IMG/VR virus record: IMGVR_UViG_3300042564_002302
Coordinates: 1 to 64,000 of that record
Reading direction: 5' to 3' (one strand)
DNA from: a virus
DNA length: 64,000 bases
The position numbers were made by a program, and so were the translations under genes. Below are positions 25,678 through 35,452 of the stretch, piece by piece. The notes under the pieces are model-generated. The model did not search any database. It was not told where the DNA came from and was given only the letters and a program-made list of their open reading frames with translations. Position 1 is the stretch's first letter. The number at the start of each line of letters is the position of its first letter.

Positions 25678-27255
25678 ATGCCTACATCATCAACTACTAC
25701 ACAAGTTTATCTTGGAGGCTTACAATCTGAATTAGCATTAGCAGTTTCAGGTATTAAGCCAACACAGATAATGGAAGAGCGCTTCATCTCAAGCGGCACA
25801 TGGGTAAAACCAGATAATGTCAATAGAGTTGAAGTTATCGTCGTAGGTGGAGGCGGAGGCGGAGGCGCATCTCGCTATGGCCAAGCAGGTGGCGGAGGAG
25901 GGGCTGGAGAGTGGCGCACAGGCACTTTTGCAGTAAACGCTAACGTAACAGTCACAATTGGTAATGGAGGCGCTGGTGGCGTCTATGACCGTCAATCTGG
26001 ATCGGCAGGAAGCCCCTCATCATTTGGTAGCTTTCTTGTATCAGATGGTGGAGAAGGCGGTTGGGGTCAGGCATCAAACCCAATAAGAACGCATGGCTCA
26101 ACTGGCGGCTGCACCTGGAAAGAAGGTGTTGATGATAGAGTTATTCACGCAGGCGGCGGTGGCGGAGCAGGTTCAGTAGGACAGGTTGCTCAAATTAATG
26201 GTGCAAACGACTGGGTTAGAAACTTTCCAGCTAATCAACCATTAAAAAGAAAGAATTCAAGAGTAAATGCTGGTGGTTCTGGACAGTACTACGGCGGAAC
26301 AGATAGATCATTTGCTGGTTCACCAAATGGTGGAATGGGTGTAGATGGCATTGCAGGCGGCGGCGGTGGCGGAGCTCAAGGCTACTCATACGATATTAAC
26401 TACTCTTCTTTTGGAAGAGGTTCAGATGGTGGCGGAGACGCAGGATTTAGAAATAGAACAGGTAGAGGTTTTAACCTAATATCTGGAGCAGAGTATGACC
26501 TAGACTCACTTTGGTACAGAGATGGTTTGTGGGGTATTCCAGGAACTGGTTCAGGTGGTGGAGGAGCAAATGTTCTTTCTCAGGGTTCACAATATCACAT
26601 TAGAGATACAAACTGGTCACCAAGTTTAACAGAGCCATTCTATATGTCTTACGGAAATACAGATTATCGTGGTTGGAGATCAATCAATGATTTAGTTTCC
26701 ACATTAACAACAGCTACAGCTCAAAACCACACTCAGTCTGGTTGGGCAGCAGGTTCTTCAATTAACTATAACGGAGAAAACTGGTCCTGGCAGGGTGGGT
26801 CACAGAGAGTTACAGCAACAGGAAACGGAAAGGTTATAGTACAGCCAAATAATCTTATGCCTTATATTCACGGTCTCTCATATGTTCCAACATGGTCGTC
26901 ATTTGTTTCATACCAGCCAGCTGGAGCAACTCAACTTAGATTTGGATGGGCTATCTATAACAAGAATAGACAGCTTCTTGACTATACACTAAAGAATACA
27001 GACTATAACACAGGAACATCTTCTTGGGGTACAGCATATTCTATCAATACAAGCACAAATAACTGGGATCAGGGTATATATAACGATGCTTGGCATGAAG
27101 ACGCTTATTATATGGCACCAATTATTTACGTTAACAACGTGATATCAGGAAGCTACGTAGCATTTGACACAAACGACTCAGCTGGATTCTTCCAGTGTGC
27201 TAGAGGCGGAAACGGAGGAAGAGGTATCGTGATTGTGAGGTATGCATTAACATGA
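25678..27255 (+). CDS. glycine-rich fibre/receptor-binding protein B (paralog of A)
   Basis: colinear similarity over the full length to 23766-25328. Confidence 0.75.
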   Translation: MPTSSTTTQVYLGGLQSELALAVSGIKPTQIMEERFISSGTWVKPDNVNRVEVIVVGGGGGGGASRYGQAGGGGGAGEWRTGTFAVNANVTVTIGNGGAGGVYDRQSGSAGSPSSFGSFLVSDGGEGGWGQASNPIRTHGSTGGCTWKEGVDDRVIHAGGGGGAGSVGQVAQINGANDWVRNFPANQPLKRKNSRVNAGGSGQYYGGTDRSFAGSPNGGMGVDGIAGGGGGGAQGYSYDINYSSFGRGSDGGGDAGFRNRTGRGFNLISGAEYDLDSLWYRDGLWGIPGTGSGGGGANVLSQGSQYHIRDTNWSPSLTEPFYMSYGNTDYRGWRSINDLVSTLTTATAQNHTQSGWAAGSSINYNGENWSWQGGSQRVTATGNGKVIVQPNNLMPYIHGLSYVPTWSSFVSYQPAGATQLRFGWAIYNKNRQLLDYTLKNTDYNTGTSSWGTAYSINTSTNNWDQGIYNDAWHEDAYYMAPIIYVNNVISGSYVAFDTNDSAGFFQCARGGNGGRGIVIVRYALT

Positions 27256-27587
27256 AATCTATAGTCACCTTAGACGAGAATAGAATTGTACTATCAGCCA
27301 AAGTTGTTGAAGACAATTATATGGTAAAATTAGATGAGTTGGACTGCTCGACAGATCCAATTTATCAGTACTCACCTCCATCACTAGGATGGTTTTGGCT
27401 AGAAGAAGCAGGAAGACTTGTTCCTCCAATGCCAAGCACAAAAGAGGATTGGAAGTGGGAAGATAACCACTGGAGATCTAGTTTAGAATCACCAGCAGGT
27501 AATCCAGAAGTTTTGGCAGAGCAAGTTCCAACAAGTACTCCAGAATTTCCAGCAGGACCAGTAAAACCAACACCAGGAGATAATTAA
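27252..27587 (+). CDS. chaperone/partner of glycine-rich protein B
   Basis: paralog of 25328-25675. Confidence 0.6.
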   Translation: MKSIVTLDENRIVLSAKVVEDNYMVKLDELDCSTDPIYQYSPPSLGWFWLEEAGRLVPPMPSTKEDWKWEDNHWRSSLESPAGNPEVLAEQVPTSTPEFPAGPVKPTPGDN

Positions 27588-27588
27588 G

Positions 27589-28014
27589 ATGGGTATAACA
27601 TCATCACCACAACAGGTAACACCAGCACTCTGGTCGTATACCTACGTACAAGCGCCAGTTAATGGCAATGGCTACGACTACTTCAATGTTTCTGTTCGTA
27701 GAAAGAACTATGGAAACGTATCAACAGCATGGGCTGTTACAGTAGATGAAGCAGCAGTACATAAGGCAGTTCTCACTGGTAATACAACAGTTTCATTCAC
27801 AGGTCTAGCAGCTTCTCTTGGTGGAGTTATGGTCTGGCAGGTAGAAATCAAGGGTGGATCACTCTTCACAGTAACTTGGCCAGCAGCAGTCAAGTGGGAC
27901 TCTTCTGCAAGTGCTCCGTCGCTTTCAGCAAATACAACAGTTCTAAACTTCTTTACACCAGATAACGGAACAACAATTTACGGCGGATTAGCTTTCGCAG
28001 ACATAAACGCATAA
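27589..28014 (+). CDS. fibre tip-like beta protein
   Basis: TVTWPAAVKW...APSLS...FFT.DNGTT.YG. Confidence 0.6.
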   Translation: MGITSSPQQVTPALWSYTYVQAPVNGNGYDYFNVSVRRKNYGNVSTAWAVTVDEAAVHKAVLTGNTTVSFTGLAASLGGVMVWQVEIKGGSLFTVTWPAAVKWDSSASAPSLSANTTVLNFFTPDNGTTIYGGLAFADINA

Positions 28015-28023
28015 GGAGAAAAA

Positions 28024-28458
28024 GTGTACGCAATAGTAGAAAATCAAAAGGTAGTTTCAAGTGGAACTCTAACTGAGCTATTCCCTAGCATCTCTTTCCC
28101 AGCGACTGGTCCAGACCAGGAGTTCTGCAAAGAAAATAATCTTACAGCAGTTGAAATGACTGCTAAATATAACAAAGATACTGAAGAACTTGTTTTCCTA
28201 GATACACCTAAAGTTACAAAGGGTGGGAAAGTCGTAGGAGTAGAAGTTAAGAAGCTTTCAGATGAAGATGCATGGACAAGAATTAAGACAAAGAGAGACC
28301 AATTGCTTACATCAACAGACTGGACACAACTCCCAGACACACTTGATGCAGCTAAGACAAAAGCATACGCAGAATATAGAGCGGCCCTAAGAGACATCAC
28401 ATCAGCTAAGTCTCCAGCAGATGTAGCATGGCCCAAGGACCCAAATGAGGGAAAGTAA
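28024..28458 (+). CDS. phage tail/fibre assembly chaperone
   Basis: RDQLLTSTDWTQLPD...YRAALRDIT...WPKDP. Confidence 0.8.
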   Translation: MYAIVENQKVVSSGTLTELFPSISFPATGPDQEFCKENNLTAVEMTAKYNKDTEELVFLDTPKVTKGGKVVGVEVKKLSDEDAWTRIKTKRDQLLTSTDWTQLPDTLDAAKTKAYAEYRAALRDITSAKSPADVAWPKDPNEGK

Positions 28459-29190
28459 GTGTTCCCTAATAACCTACTAACATTTAAGACAGACGCCCGT
28501 AGACCGTTTCCAATATCTACTGGTCTTCAGCTTCACTATGATGCAGATGCTCCACTTACAATTGTAAAAGACTCAGTCGGAAGAGTTTCTCAATGGAAAG
28601 ATCGCTCAGGATTTAATAGACATGCTGTTCAAACAACACAAGTAAACCAGCCAATATACTCACTAAGACAAATCGGCGGAAAACCAGCAGTTGTATTTGA
28701 TGGTTCAAATGACTTTATGCTTATTGGTGATGGAACAATGTCATTTCTTAATACAGCAGATATAACAATGTTCTTGGTATTTGATAGACCAGATACTCCA
28801 GTTAACAAGCCGATATTTGGTGGAACTGGATCAATTACAAGACAAAACTTTTCAGCTGGATTTAACTCAGCTACCAACTTCGGTATAAGATTTCAAAATG
28901 ATGATGCAAACGCACTTATTCCAAATGTGGCTGCAGGAACACCAGAACTTATAACATTTACATTTGATTCTTTAACTAACGGTAAAATCGTTAGAAGAAA
29001 TAAAGTTCAAGAGCTTGAATCAGCAGGTACTGGATCACTTTCTGGTATGATTGGTCAAGCGCTTGGAAGATATCTTACACAGTACGGTAATATTCAATTG
29101 GGAGAGGTTGCTATATTCAATAGAGTACTGACCCAGGCGGAAATTGATAATGCGGAAGGCTCCCTTGCAATCAAGTGGGGCGTATCTTAA
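28459..29190 (+). CDS. LamG/concanavalin-A-like lectin-fold virion protein
   Basis: LHYDA...VSQWKDRSG..H...FDGSND...GEVAIFNRVLT.AE...KWG. Confidence 0.75.
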   Translation: MFPNNLLTFKTDARRPFPISTGLQLHYDADAPLTIVKDSVGRVSQWKDRSGFNRHAVQTTQVNQPIYSLRQIGGKPAVVFDGSNDFMLIGDGTMSFLNTADITMFLVFDRPDTPVNKPIFGGTGSITRQNFSAGFNSATNFGIRFQNDDANALIPNVAAGTPELITFTFDSLTNGKIVRRNKVQELESAGTGSLSGMIGQALGRYLTQYGNIQLGEVAIFNRVLTQAEIDNAEGSLAIKWGVS

Positions 29191-29204
29191 GTTAGGAGTA
29201 GTAA

Positions 29205-29531
29205 ATGGCATATGTACCAGCAAGATTGGTTGGCCCATATAATCTGGTAGATAGCTATCAGTCTCTTTATGCTGCAACTTCAGCAACAATTGTCAAGCAA
29301 ATAGTTTTATCAAATATTACTGGGTCAGATACTACAGTTAGACTTCACCTAACAACTTCTACACAACAACCATCATCTTCAAACGCCCTTCTTCAGGATG
29401 TTGAAATTGAAGCTAACTCCACAGTTATTGCTGACATGACTCAGGTTATGAACACTGGAGATAGACTTTACGGCAGAACTGCAATATCAGGCGCCGTCAA
29501 CATTACTGTATCGGGCGTAGAAGATAAATGA
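29205..29531 (+). CDS. small beta-sandwich virion protein (paralog of 23430-23747)
   Basis: TIVKQIVLSN...GDRLY...VSGVE. Confidence 0.6.
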   Translation: MAYVPARLVGPYNLVDSYQSLYAATSATIVKQIVLSNITGSDTTVRLHLTTSTQQPSSSNALLQDVEIEANSTVIADMTQVMNTGDRLYGRTAISGAVNITVSGVEDK

Positions 29532-31123
29532 GTGGCGTACAGTCTATACCCCCAAGAAAAAATTTAGGTGTCTCTAGTACTTCAGAGCCACCATTAAAGC
29601 TTGCTGCCCCAGATATATCTGGATTAACATTAGAACAAGCAAAAGTTAAAATTATTGATTCTGGATTTAGATACGACATAGATTATCTAATTGACGATAC
29701 TCGTGTAGATGGAGTTATCTTAGGGCAATACCCTCCAGCAGAAACCTTGAGACGTGAAAACGGAAAAATAAAAATTCAGGTTAACTCTAGAAGTAGTTCT
29801 ATAATGCCAGATTTAATAGGTAAAACTGAAGCAGAGGCTACAGCATTGCTTCAAGAGCAACAGATATTGTTTGTTATTACAAGAATTGATACACCACAAG
29901 CAGCATATGCAAATAAAATTTTTTATCAGTCTTCACCATATGGCACTGTCTTAGCCAGAAATATAGCAGTGGTAAGCCTGTCTCTTGGAAACTATGTGGC
30001 AGCCACAATTGGTTCACTTCCTAGCGTTTTAGGTTTAACTTATGATTTGGCCCTACAACAAATGTCTGTTGCAGGATTTTCTAATATTCAGAGGGTGCTT
30101 GATACATCTAATACAGTAGAGTATCAAACTAAGAATGGTGTTGTTAAAGAGCAGTTCCCTCCTGGAGGACAAACAACATCATTTACTCAGGTAATTCAAC
30201 TTAAAACATATGCTTACAGCGGTGTTGTAGTTCCTAATCTTTCTGGCTTAACTGTTTCAGAGGCTCAGTCACAGATATCCGCACTTGGCTTAAATTATGC
30301 AGTTGGATCATCAGTAGATACTTCAAACTCAACCCTAGGAAACAAGGTTTCTTCTCAATCTCCAGCCGCTGGTTCAACAGTGGTTTCTGGATCAACAGTT
30401 ACATATAATTATTACACATATGTATATGTAGCACCAGTTCCACCAGTTGCAGTGTCTCCAGCACCACCTACTCCACCAGTGGCTCCAGTAGATCCACCAA
30501 TTGGAGTTATTCCAGCTCCACCAGTGGCTCCAGTAGATCCACCAATAGTTCCTATTTCACCAGATGTGCCACCTGTTGGACCCATTTATGTATACCCAAT
30601 TGATATTCCACCAATTGATTTCCCTATCGGAGTTTCACCAGCCACAGGAAAGTCAGTTGGTATCAATACACTTGTAAGAACTCCAGATGGCTTAGTAGCA
30701 GCAAAAGACTTAAGAGTTGGTGATACTCTAATTTCCGCTGATATAAATACATTCCCAAGTGAAGGGTTTAATGCAACGGACCTTGCACTTGCATGGAAAG
30801 ACTCTACTCCAGAAATAAATATTGTAAATACAGTAATTGATGGAATATCGAGAAAGATGTCATCTTATGCAGTAGTCATTAATAATGATTTATTCTCAGA
30901 CAGCCACTACATCCTTGCAAAAAGAAATGGAGACGCACAGTTTGTAAAGTCCCTAGATATTGAGTCTTCTGATTTAATTTATTCATATCAGGATAACGAT
31001 TGGGTTGAAATTACAACATTAGAAAAGGTTCAGGTTGACCATGAAATTATTTCTATCAACTGTGAGCCATACGATATATTCTTTACAGAGAATATGCTTA
31101 CACACGATTCGCATAGTGTTTAA
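29528..31123 (+). CDS. 4x PASTA + Pro-rich linker + C-terminal Hint-like domain protein
   Basis: four PDxxGxTxxxA...QxP repeats; about 70 aa Pro-rich tract; SVGINTLVRTPDG...DLRVGD...SH...INCEPYDIFFTENMLTHD. Confidence 0.8.
   Translation: MSGVQSIPPRKNLGVSSTSEPPLKLAAPDISGLTLEQAKVKIIDSGFRYDIDYLIDDTRVDGVILGQYPPAETLRRENGKIKIQVNSRSSSIMPDLIGKTEAEATALLQEQQILFVITRIDTPQAAYANKIFYQSSPYGTVLARNIAVVSLSLGNYVAATIGSLPSVLGLTYDLALQQMSVAGFSNIQRVLDTSNTVEYQTKNGVVKEQFPPGGQTTSFTQVIQLKTYAYSGVVVPNLSGLTVSEAQSQISALGLNYAVGSSVDTSNSTLGNKVSSQSPAAGSTVVSGSTVTYNYYTYVYVAPVPPVAVSPAPPTPPVAPVDPPIGVIPAPPVAPVDPPIVPISPDVPPVGPIYVYPIDIPPIDFPIGVSPATGKSVGINTLVRTPDGLVAAKDLRVGDTLISADINTFPSEGFNATDLALAWKDSTPEINIVNTVIDGISRKMSSYAVVINNDLFSDSHYILAKRNGDAQFVKSLDIESSDLIYSYQDNDWVEITTLEKVQVDHEIISINCEPYDIFFTENMLTHDSHSV
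30471..30546 (+). repeat. 31-bp exact direct repeat (45 bp period) in the Pro-rich linker
   Basis: CTCCACCAGTGGCTCCAGTAGATCCACCAAT at 30471-30501 and 30516-30546. Confidence 0.85.
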
Positions 31124-31125
31124 CA

Positions 31126-31695
31126 ATGCCTACAACAGTTTCCCATTTAGAGACAGATGGTGTTCCAACACCGTCTTATTCTCAATACCCCTCAGAACTA
31201 GATAAATCTTGGATCCAAGTAACATTCTTTGAAGATCATCCAAAGCTTGCGGGTGTAATTTCAATATATAAAAATGATAAATATCCTACAGGAACAATTA
31301 TATTCTCTAGGCACATATTAAATGACTATCCAGATATGTATATGACATTAAATAAAGGTGGAGACACATATGCAACTACAGGGAAAAATGTTGTGCTATC
31401 AGATAGAATTTATACAAATCCTATTTACAGAAGAAGAGGATATTGGAAATGGGCTGGAAGTATGATGAGATCAATACTCTATTCGTACAACGGCCTAGTC
31501 CTTGATGGAACAGATGATAGGGCTTTAGCTATAGAAAAGATATATGTAAAAGCAATGAAGCTTGGGGGTCAAAAGAAATGGTTTCCAAATAATGGAAGAA
31601 TGTTTAACCATAAAGGCTGGGAAAAAGAGCCACCAAGAGAACCCGCCTTTCCCTATATATGGTATAATCAAAGACTAGGAGGAAAAAATGGATAA
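31126..31695 (+). CDS. putative GNAT-fold protein
   Basis: IYTNPIYRRRGY resembles the acetyl-CoA-binding motif A. Confidence 0.45.
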   Translation: MPTTVSHLETDGVPTPSYSQYPSELDKSWIQVTFFEDHPKLAGVISIYKNDKYPTGTIIFSRHILNDYPDMYMTLNKGGDTYATTGKNVVLSDRIYTNPIYRRRGYWKWAGSMMRSILYSYNGLVLDGTDDRALAIEKIYVKAMKLGGQKKWFPNNGRMFNHKGWEKEPPREPAFPYIWYNQRLGGKNG

Positions 31696-32251
31696 AGAAC
31701 ACTTAGGTTCTGGAATAGTTGTATACAGCAATGTATTTAATCAAAATGAGGATCTTATTCAAGCATTAAAATCTTCAGAAAATATAACCTGGCTTAACTC
31801 AATGGTTGGTATGGGTGGAGAAGCAAAGCTTCGTGAAACATCAAGAAAGTCAAAAAATGCAAATATAACTCAAGATGGCAGAGAGGTTTCAAATATGATT
31901 TCTCTAAGAACTAAGCTAGCTGTTGCTATGATACCAATGCTAAGAGACTACTGTGATACATTTAATGCTTCCTACTACTGGATAGAAAGCTTAGAGTTTC
32001 TTAAATATGACGAAACAGATTTTTTCCAGGAGCATAACGACTTAGGTCAAGGGCTTACAAGAAGAATATCTTTAGTTTTTTATCCAAATGACGACTATGT
32101 TGGCGGAGAGATAGATTTTGTTAATCACGGATTAAAGGTAAAGCCAAAAGCAAACCAGCTCATTGTTTTTCCTTCAGACTACGAATATCTACACAAGGTT
32201 CATGAGATTACAGAAGGAATTAAGTTCTCAGTAGCCTCATTCTTGAGGTAG
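31688..32251 (+). CDS. 2OG-Fe(II) oxygenase, prolyl-4-hydroxylase-like
   Basis: HND...YPNDDYVGGEIDF...KPKANQLIVFPS..YLHKV..ITEG.K. Confidence 0.88.
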   Translation: MDKEHLGSGIVVYSNVFNQNEDLIQALKSSENITWLNSMVGMGGEAKLRETSRKSKNANITQDGREVSNMISLRTKLAVAMIPMLRDYCDTFNASYYWIESLEFLKYDETDFFQEHNDLGQGLTRRISLVFYPNDDYVGGEIDFVNHGLKVKPKANQLIVFPSDYEYLHKVHEITEGIKFSVASFLR

Positions 32252-32253
32252 TT

Positions 32254-32799
32254 ATGCCCAAAGCATTTGTTGAAAAAGAAGTCTTTGATAGGCAGTACTT
32301 TAATGATCTAAAGAATCATTTTATTTCACATCCGTTTTTAAACGATGCTAGTTATGATTATTATGGCAGCAAAAGAATAGATTCTTATGAAGAGTCATAC
32401 TTAAAGGATGCCCTAGAAAGACTTCATGAAAAAGCAAAGGTTCTTTTTGGCTCTAAGGCCCTAGTTCCAACATATGCAGTATTTTCTGAATATTCTGGAC
32501 AGCAAGCAATGCTAGATGAGCATTTTGATATTGGACCCTGTACCTACACAATAGATCTATGTCTTTATGAGAAAGAAACTTGGCCACTTATTATAGAAGG
32601 CGAGAGCTACTATTTTGGACCAAATGAGGCAGTTTGTTTTTATGCAAATGAGCAAAAACACTGGAAGCCAGAATTTCCAAGCCCAGATACAAACAGGGTT
32701 GGAATAGTTTTATTACACTATGTAGAGCCAGACCACCCATGGTGTTTGCTATCAGAATCTGCTAAGCCGATTATACGAAAGAAACTTTATGCTAAATAA
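32254..32799 (+). CDS. 2OG-Fe(II) oxygenase-like protein
   Basis: L..HFD...YTIDLCL...WPL...HW...LHY. Confidence 0.75.
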   Translation: MPKAFVEKEVFDRQYFNDLKNHFISHPFLNDASYDYYGSKRIDSYEESYLKDALERLHEKAKVLFGSKALVPTYAVFSEYSGQQAMLDEHFDIGPCTYTIDLCLYEKETWPLIIEGESYYFGPNEAVCFYANEQKHWKPEFPSPDTNRVGIVLLHYVEPDHPWCLLSESAKPIIRKKLYAK

Positions 32800-33376
32800 T
32801 GAGACTGATATACTAATTAGAAGGTCTAGCAATCCTGAAATAATAAGATCAAAAGTCAATGTATCTTTATATAAAGATATAATAGAAAATGTATCATCAG
32901 ATGTTGAGCACGTATTAATATTTAATTCTGGGATAAAGGCAGACTTTGTTGAGTCTGTTAAGCCATATGACAGTAGGTTTAGCAACTTCCTTGGACTTTA
33001 CTACCCAGACGTTCACGATGCCTTCATTATAGTTAGAGACCTTGTAAAAGATATGTGTTGGAAGTTTGATATAAACTATTCAAAATCTTCATACTATATG
33101 TCTTCTGATTTTATGACATTGGATAATGATCATTGGTATGATGGCGGCGGTCTAAGAATTCCAGCCTTTAATGGTTTAATTATAGTTGATTCCCAGCCAA
33201 ACACTAAACTCTGGGTCTCAGAAACCGAGATTGATGTAAACCCAGGAGACGTCTTATTGTTTGAGGCAGGCCATAAGGTAGCTTTTGGTAATAGCAATAG
33301 TTTGGTGATATCATTTAACGTAGCACCACTTTCAATGTTAAACGGACAGTATCCAAATAAATGGATACCATTATAG
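32789..33376 (+). CDS. degenerate 2OG-Fe(II)/cupin-fold protein
   Basis: PGDVLLFE...VISFNVAP...WIP; no clear HxD. Confidence 0.5.
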   Translation: MLNNETDILIRRSSNPEIIRSKVNVSLYKDIIENVSSDVEHVLIFNSGIKADFVESVKPYDSRFSNFLGLYYPDVHDAFIIVRDLVKDMCWKFDINYSKSSYYMSSDFMTLDNDHWYDGGGLRIPAFNGLIIVDSQPNTKLWVSETEIDVNPGDVLLFEAGHKVAFGNSNSLVISFNVAPLSMLNGQYPNKWIPL

Positions 33377-33386
33377 GAGAAAAAGA

Positions 33387-33824
33387 ATGAACTGCATAGA
33401 AATATACAAGATTGATCCATTAGACATAGACCCTGAGATGGATTTGTCTAGTCAAGAATTTGAAGACATTGTGTCTTCTCGCATCCAGCCAGCCATTGAT
33501 GAATATGTCATCAAGCATAAGCTACCAAGAGTTGGACGAGGGTGGAAGATGGTAAACAATGAGTCTGCTACTGAGTCTGCATTAACTGTTGATGATGTAA
33601 AAGAAGAGCAGTCCGTATATACTGTTAAAGTATTTTTAAACAGCTCTTTCTCTGGCGGAGAGTTTAATTTTGTACACAGAGATGTTATTTCTCAGGTTTC
33701 TCCAGGAGACATCTTGATTTATCCGTCATCATATATAAACGCATATAAGGTTATGCCAGTAACATCTGGATCTCAAAAGTATTTGGTAAATAAGTATAGA
33801 TTTCCAGGAACTGCAGAGGGTTAA
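33387..33824 (+). CDS. 2OG-Fe(II) oxygenase-like protein lacking iron ligands
   Basis: FLN..FSGGEFNF...PGDILIYPSS....KV.PVTSG but the catalytic His residues are absent. Confidence 0.6.
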   Translation: MNCIEIYKIDPLDIDPEMDLSSQEFEDIVSSRIQPAIDEYVIKHKLPRVGRGWKMVNNESATESALTVDDVKEEQSVYTVKVFLNSSFSGGEFNFVHRDVISQVSPGDILIYPSSYINAYKVMPVTSGSQKYLVNKYRFPGTAEG

Positions 33825-33826
33825 AA

Positions 33827-35452
33827 TTGAAGATAGTAGACCTACAGTATAATGCAAATACTTCAGCCATAACCGACGTATCACCATTTGGACACTCTGT
33901 AACACATAATGTTTCTGGCAGATATATGCCATTTAGCTCTAAGTATTTTTCGTCTACACCAAAAACTGGCATCTCCTCTTGTTACATCCCAGCAGCAAAA
34001 AATATAAAGGTAACAACAAATAAGATTGGCTTAACCCATCAGATTGAGAATGAATTCTCAATCTCTATGATTTTTAGTCCTGTATCTTCTGGTTCATACA
34101 CAATATTCTCTATGGACGGAGACAAATGTTTATTAGAATATATTGATGGCGTTGTTAGGTTTAGCGTTGCTTATGTAGATGAAAATACACACTACGCTGT
34201 ATCTTACCCACTTCCATCCGTAGATAAGGCATACCATTTGGTTTGTTCATACAGGCGTGGATCCATAGGTATTAATTCAAATGGCCTTTTAAAGGCCACA
34301 GCGGGCCTACCAACAGACTTTAAGTTCATCTCTGATGTATCTGGTCAGACCGAAATAACATTTGGCGGAAACACGTCTGGAAACTTCTTTATTGATGATA
34401 TATCCATAGATAATAAGTATCTTTCAGAAGACGAAATACTTTTGTCTTCAAATGGATATGGATCTCCACACACATTTGACCAGATTGTTTTTGGGGCAAA
34501 CGCATCATATGCTAATCCACTAGACCACAACGAAAAAGAGATTATTTTTAAATATTCATATCCTCAAGACAAAGCTTTTTCAGAAGCATATTCTATGTCT
34601 TATATGACATTAAAAAATAATATTTTATATTCAGACTCGGACGGAACTACCGTACCAGAGTTTGTCGATATTATAAATTTTCCAATTATAGACTCAACTA
34701 GCCATAATCAGATAGACTATGATGGGTACGGAATTACTGCCTCATATAGTTTTGATGGAGATACTTATACTAGTCTAAATAATCATTCTTCTATTCCAAA
34801 TTTTTCTGGAGGTCAAGTATACTTTAAGCTTGAGTTATCTCCTGATAGTAGTTCAAGAATAGACTCATTATCATTCAGAGTATTTGAATCAACCAATTTC
34901 TATACAAGAAGATCTCAGGAGCCAGTATCTTCTACTGCGACATATAGATGTGGGTATGGTACTACAAGCATTTTAAGCAACTCTTCTGGTGTAGGTGTCC
35001 TGCCATCAGATCCACTAGTTATAGACAATCAAGACGGCGTCTCAGTTGTTGAGATGATGTTTAAGGCCACATCTTCTTCAAGATCGGTCTTGCTATCTGA
35101 TGCAGTTGGGCTTTCAGCAAACGGCACACCAAATGTATTTACAAACATAGAGGAATGCTATGTCAATGGAGAGTATGTAACAGCAATGCCTACAGTTATA
35201 CCAGGCGTATGGTACCACCTTGTAGTATATCTAACTAATCCAGTAGACACGAATACCATAACAATTGGCGAGGCTAGCAAAAGCATTATATACTCAAACA
35301 TAGCACTATACAAAGATCAAACACTAGTAGAGAATAACTATTATTCTTATTTCTATAAGGATTTAATAACTGCACCATCAGACCACATTCAGCCCGACGA
35401 CCTAGGCTTTAAGACATTCTATGTGGACAAGGTAGTGCTCTCAACATCCTGA
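33827..35452 (+). CDS. LamG-like domain virion structural protein
   Basis: FSISMIF...YHLVCSY...IDDISI....LS..EI; second WYHLVV module. Confidence 0.6.
   Translation: MKIVDLQYNANTSAITDVSPFGHSVTHNVSGRYMPFSSKYFSSTPKTGISSCYIPAAKNIKVTTNKIGLTHQIENEFSISMIFSPVSSGSYTIFSMDGDKCLLEYIDGVVRFSVAYVDENTHYAVSYPLPSVDKAYHLVCSYRRGSIGINSNGLLKATAGLPTDFKFISDVSGQTEITFGGNTSGNFFIDDISIDNKYLSEDEILLSSNGYGSPHTFDQIVFGANASYANPLDHNEKEIIFKYSYPQDKAFSEAYSMSYMTLKNNILYSDSDGTTVPEFVDIINFPIIDSTSHNQIDYDGYGITASYSFDGDTYTSLNNHSSIPNFSGGQVYFKLELSPDSSSRIDSLSFRVFESTNFYTRRSQEPVSSTATYRCGYGTTSILSNSSGVGVLPSDPLVIDNQDGVSVVEMMFKATSSSRSVLLSDAVGLSANGTPNVFTNIEECYVNGEYVTAMPTVIPGVWYHLVVYLTNPVDTNTITIGEASKSIIYSNIALYKDQTLVENNYYSYFYKDLITAPSDHIQPDDLGFKTFYVDKVVLSTS

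Noticed and set aside
23766-27255. Diversity-generating retroelement TR/VR pair
   Set aside because: Both copies are full genes, differences are not adenine-specific, and there is no reverse transcriptase in the window.
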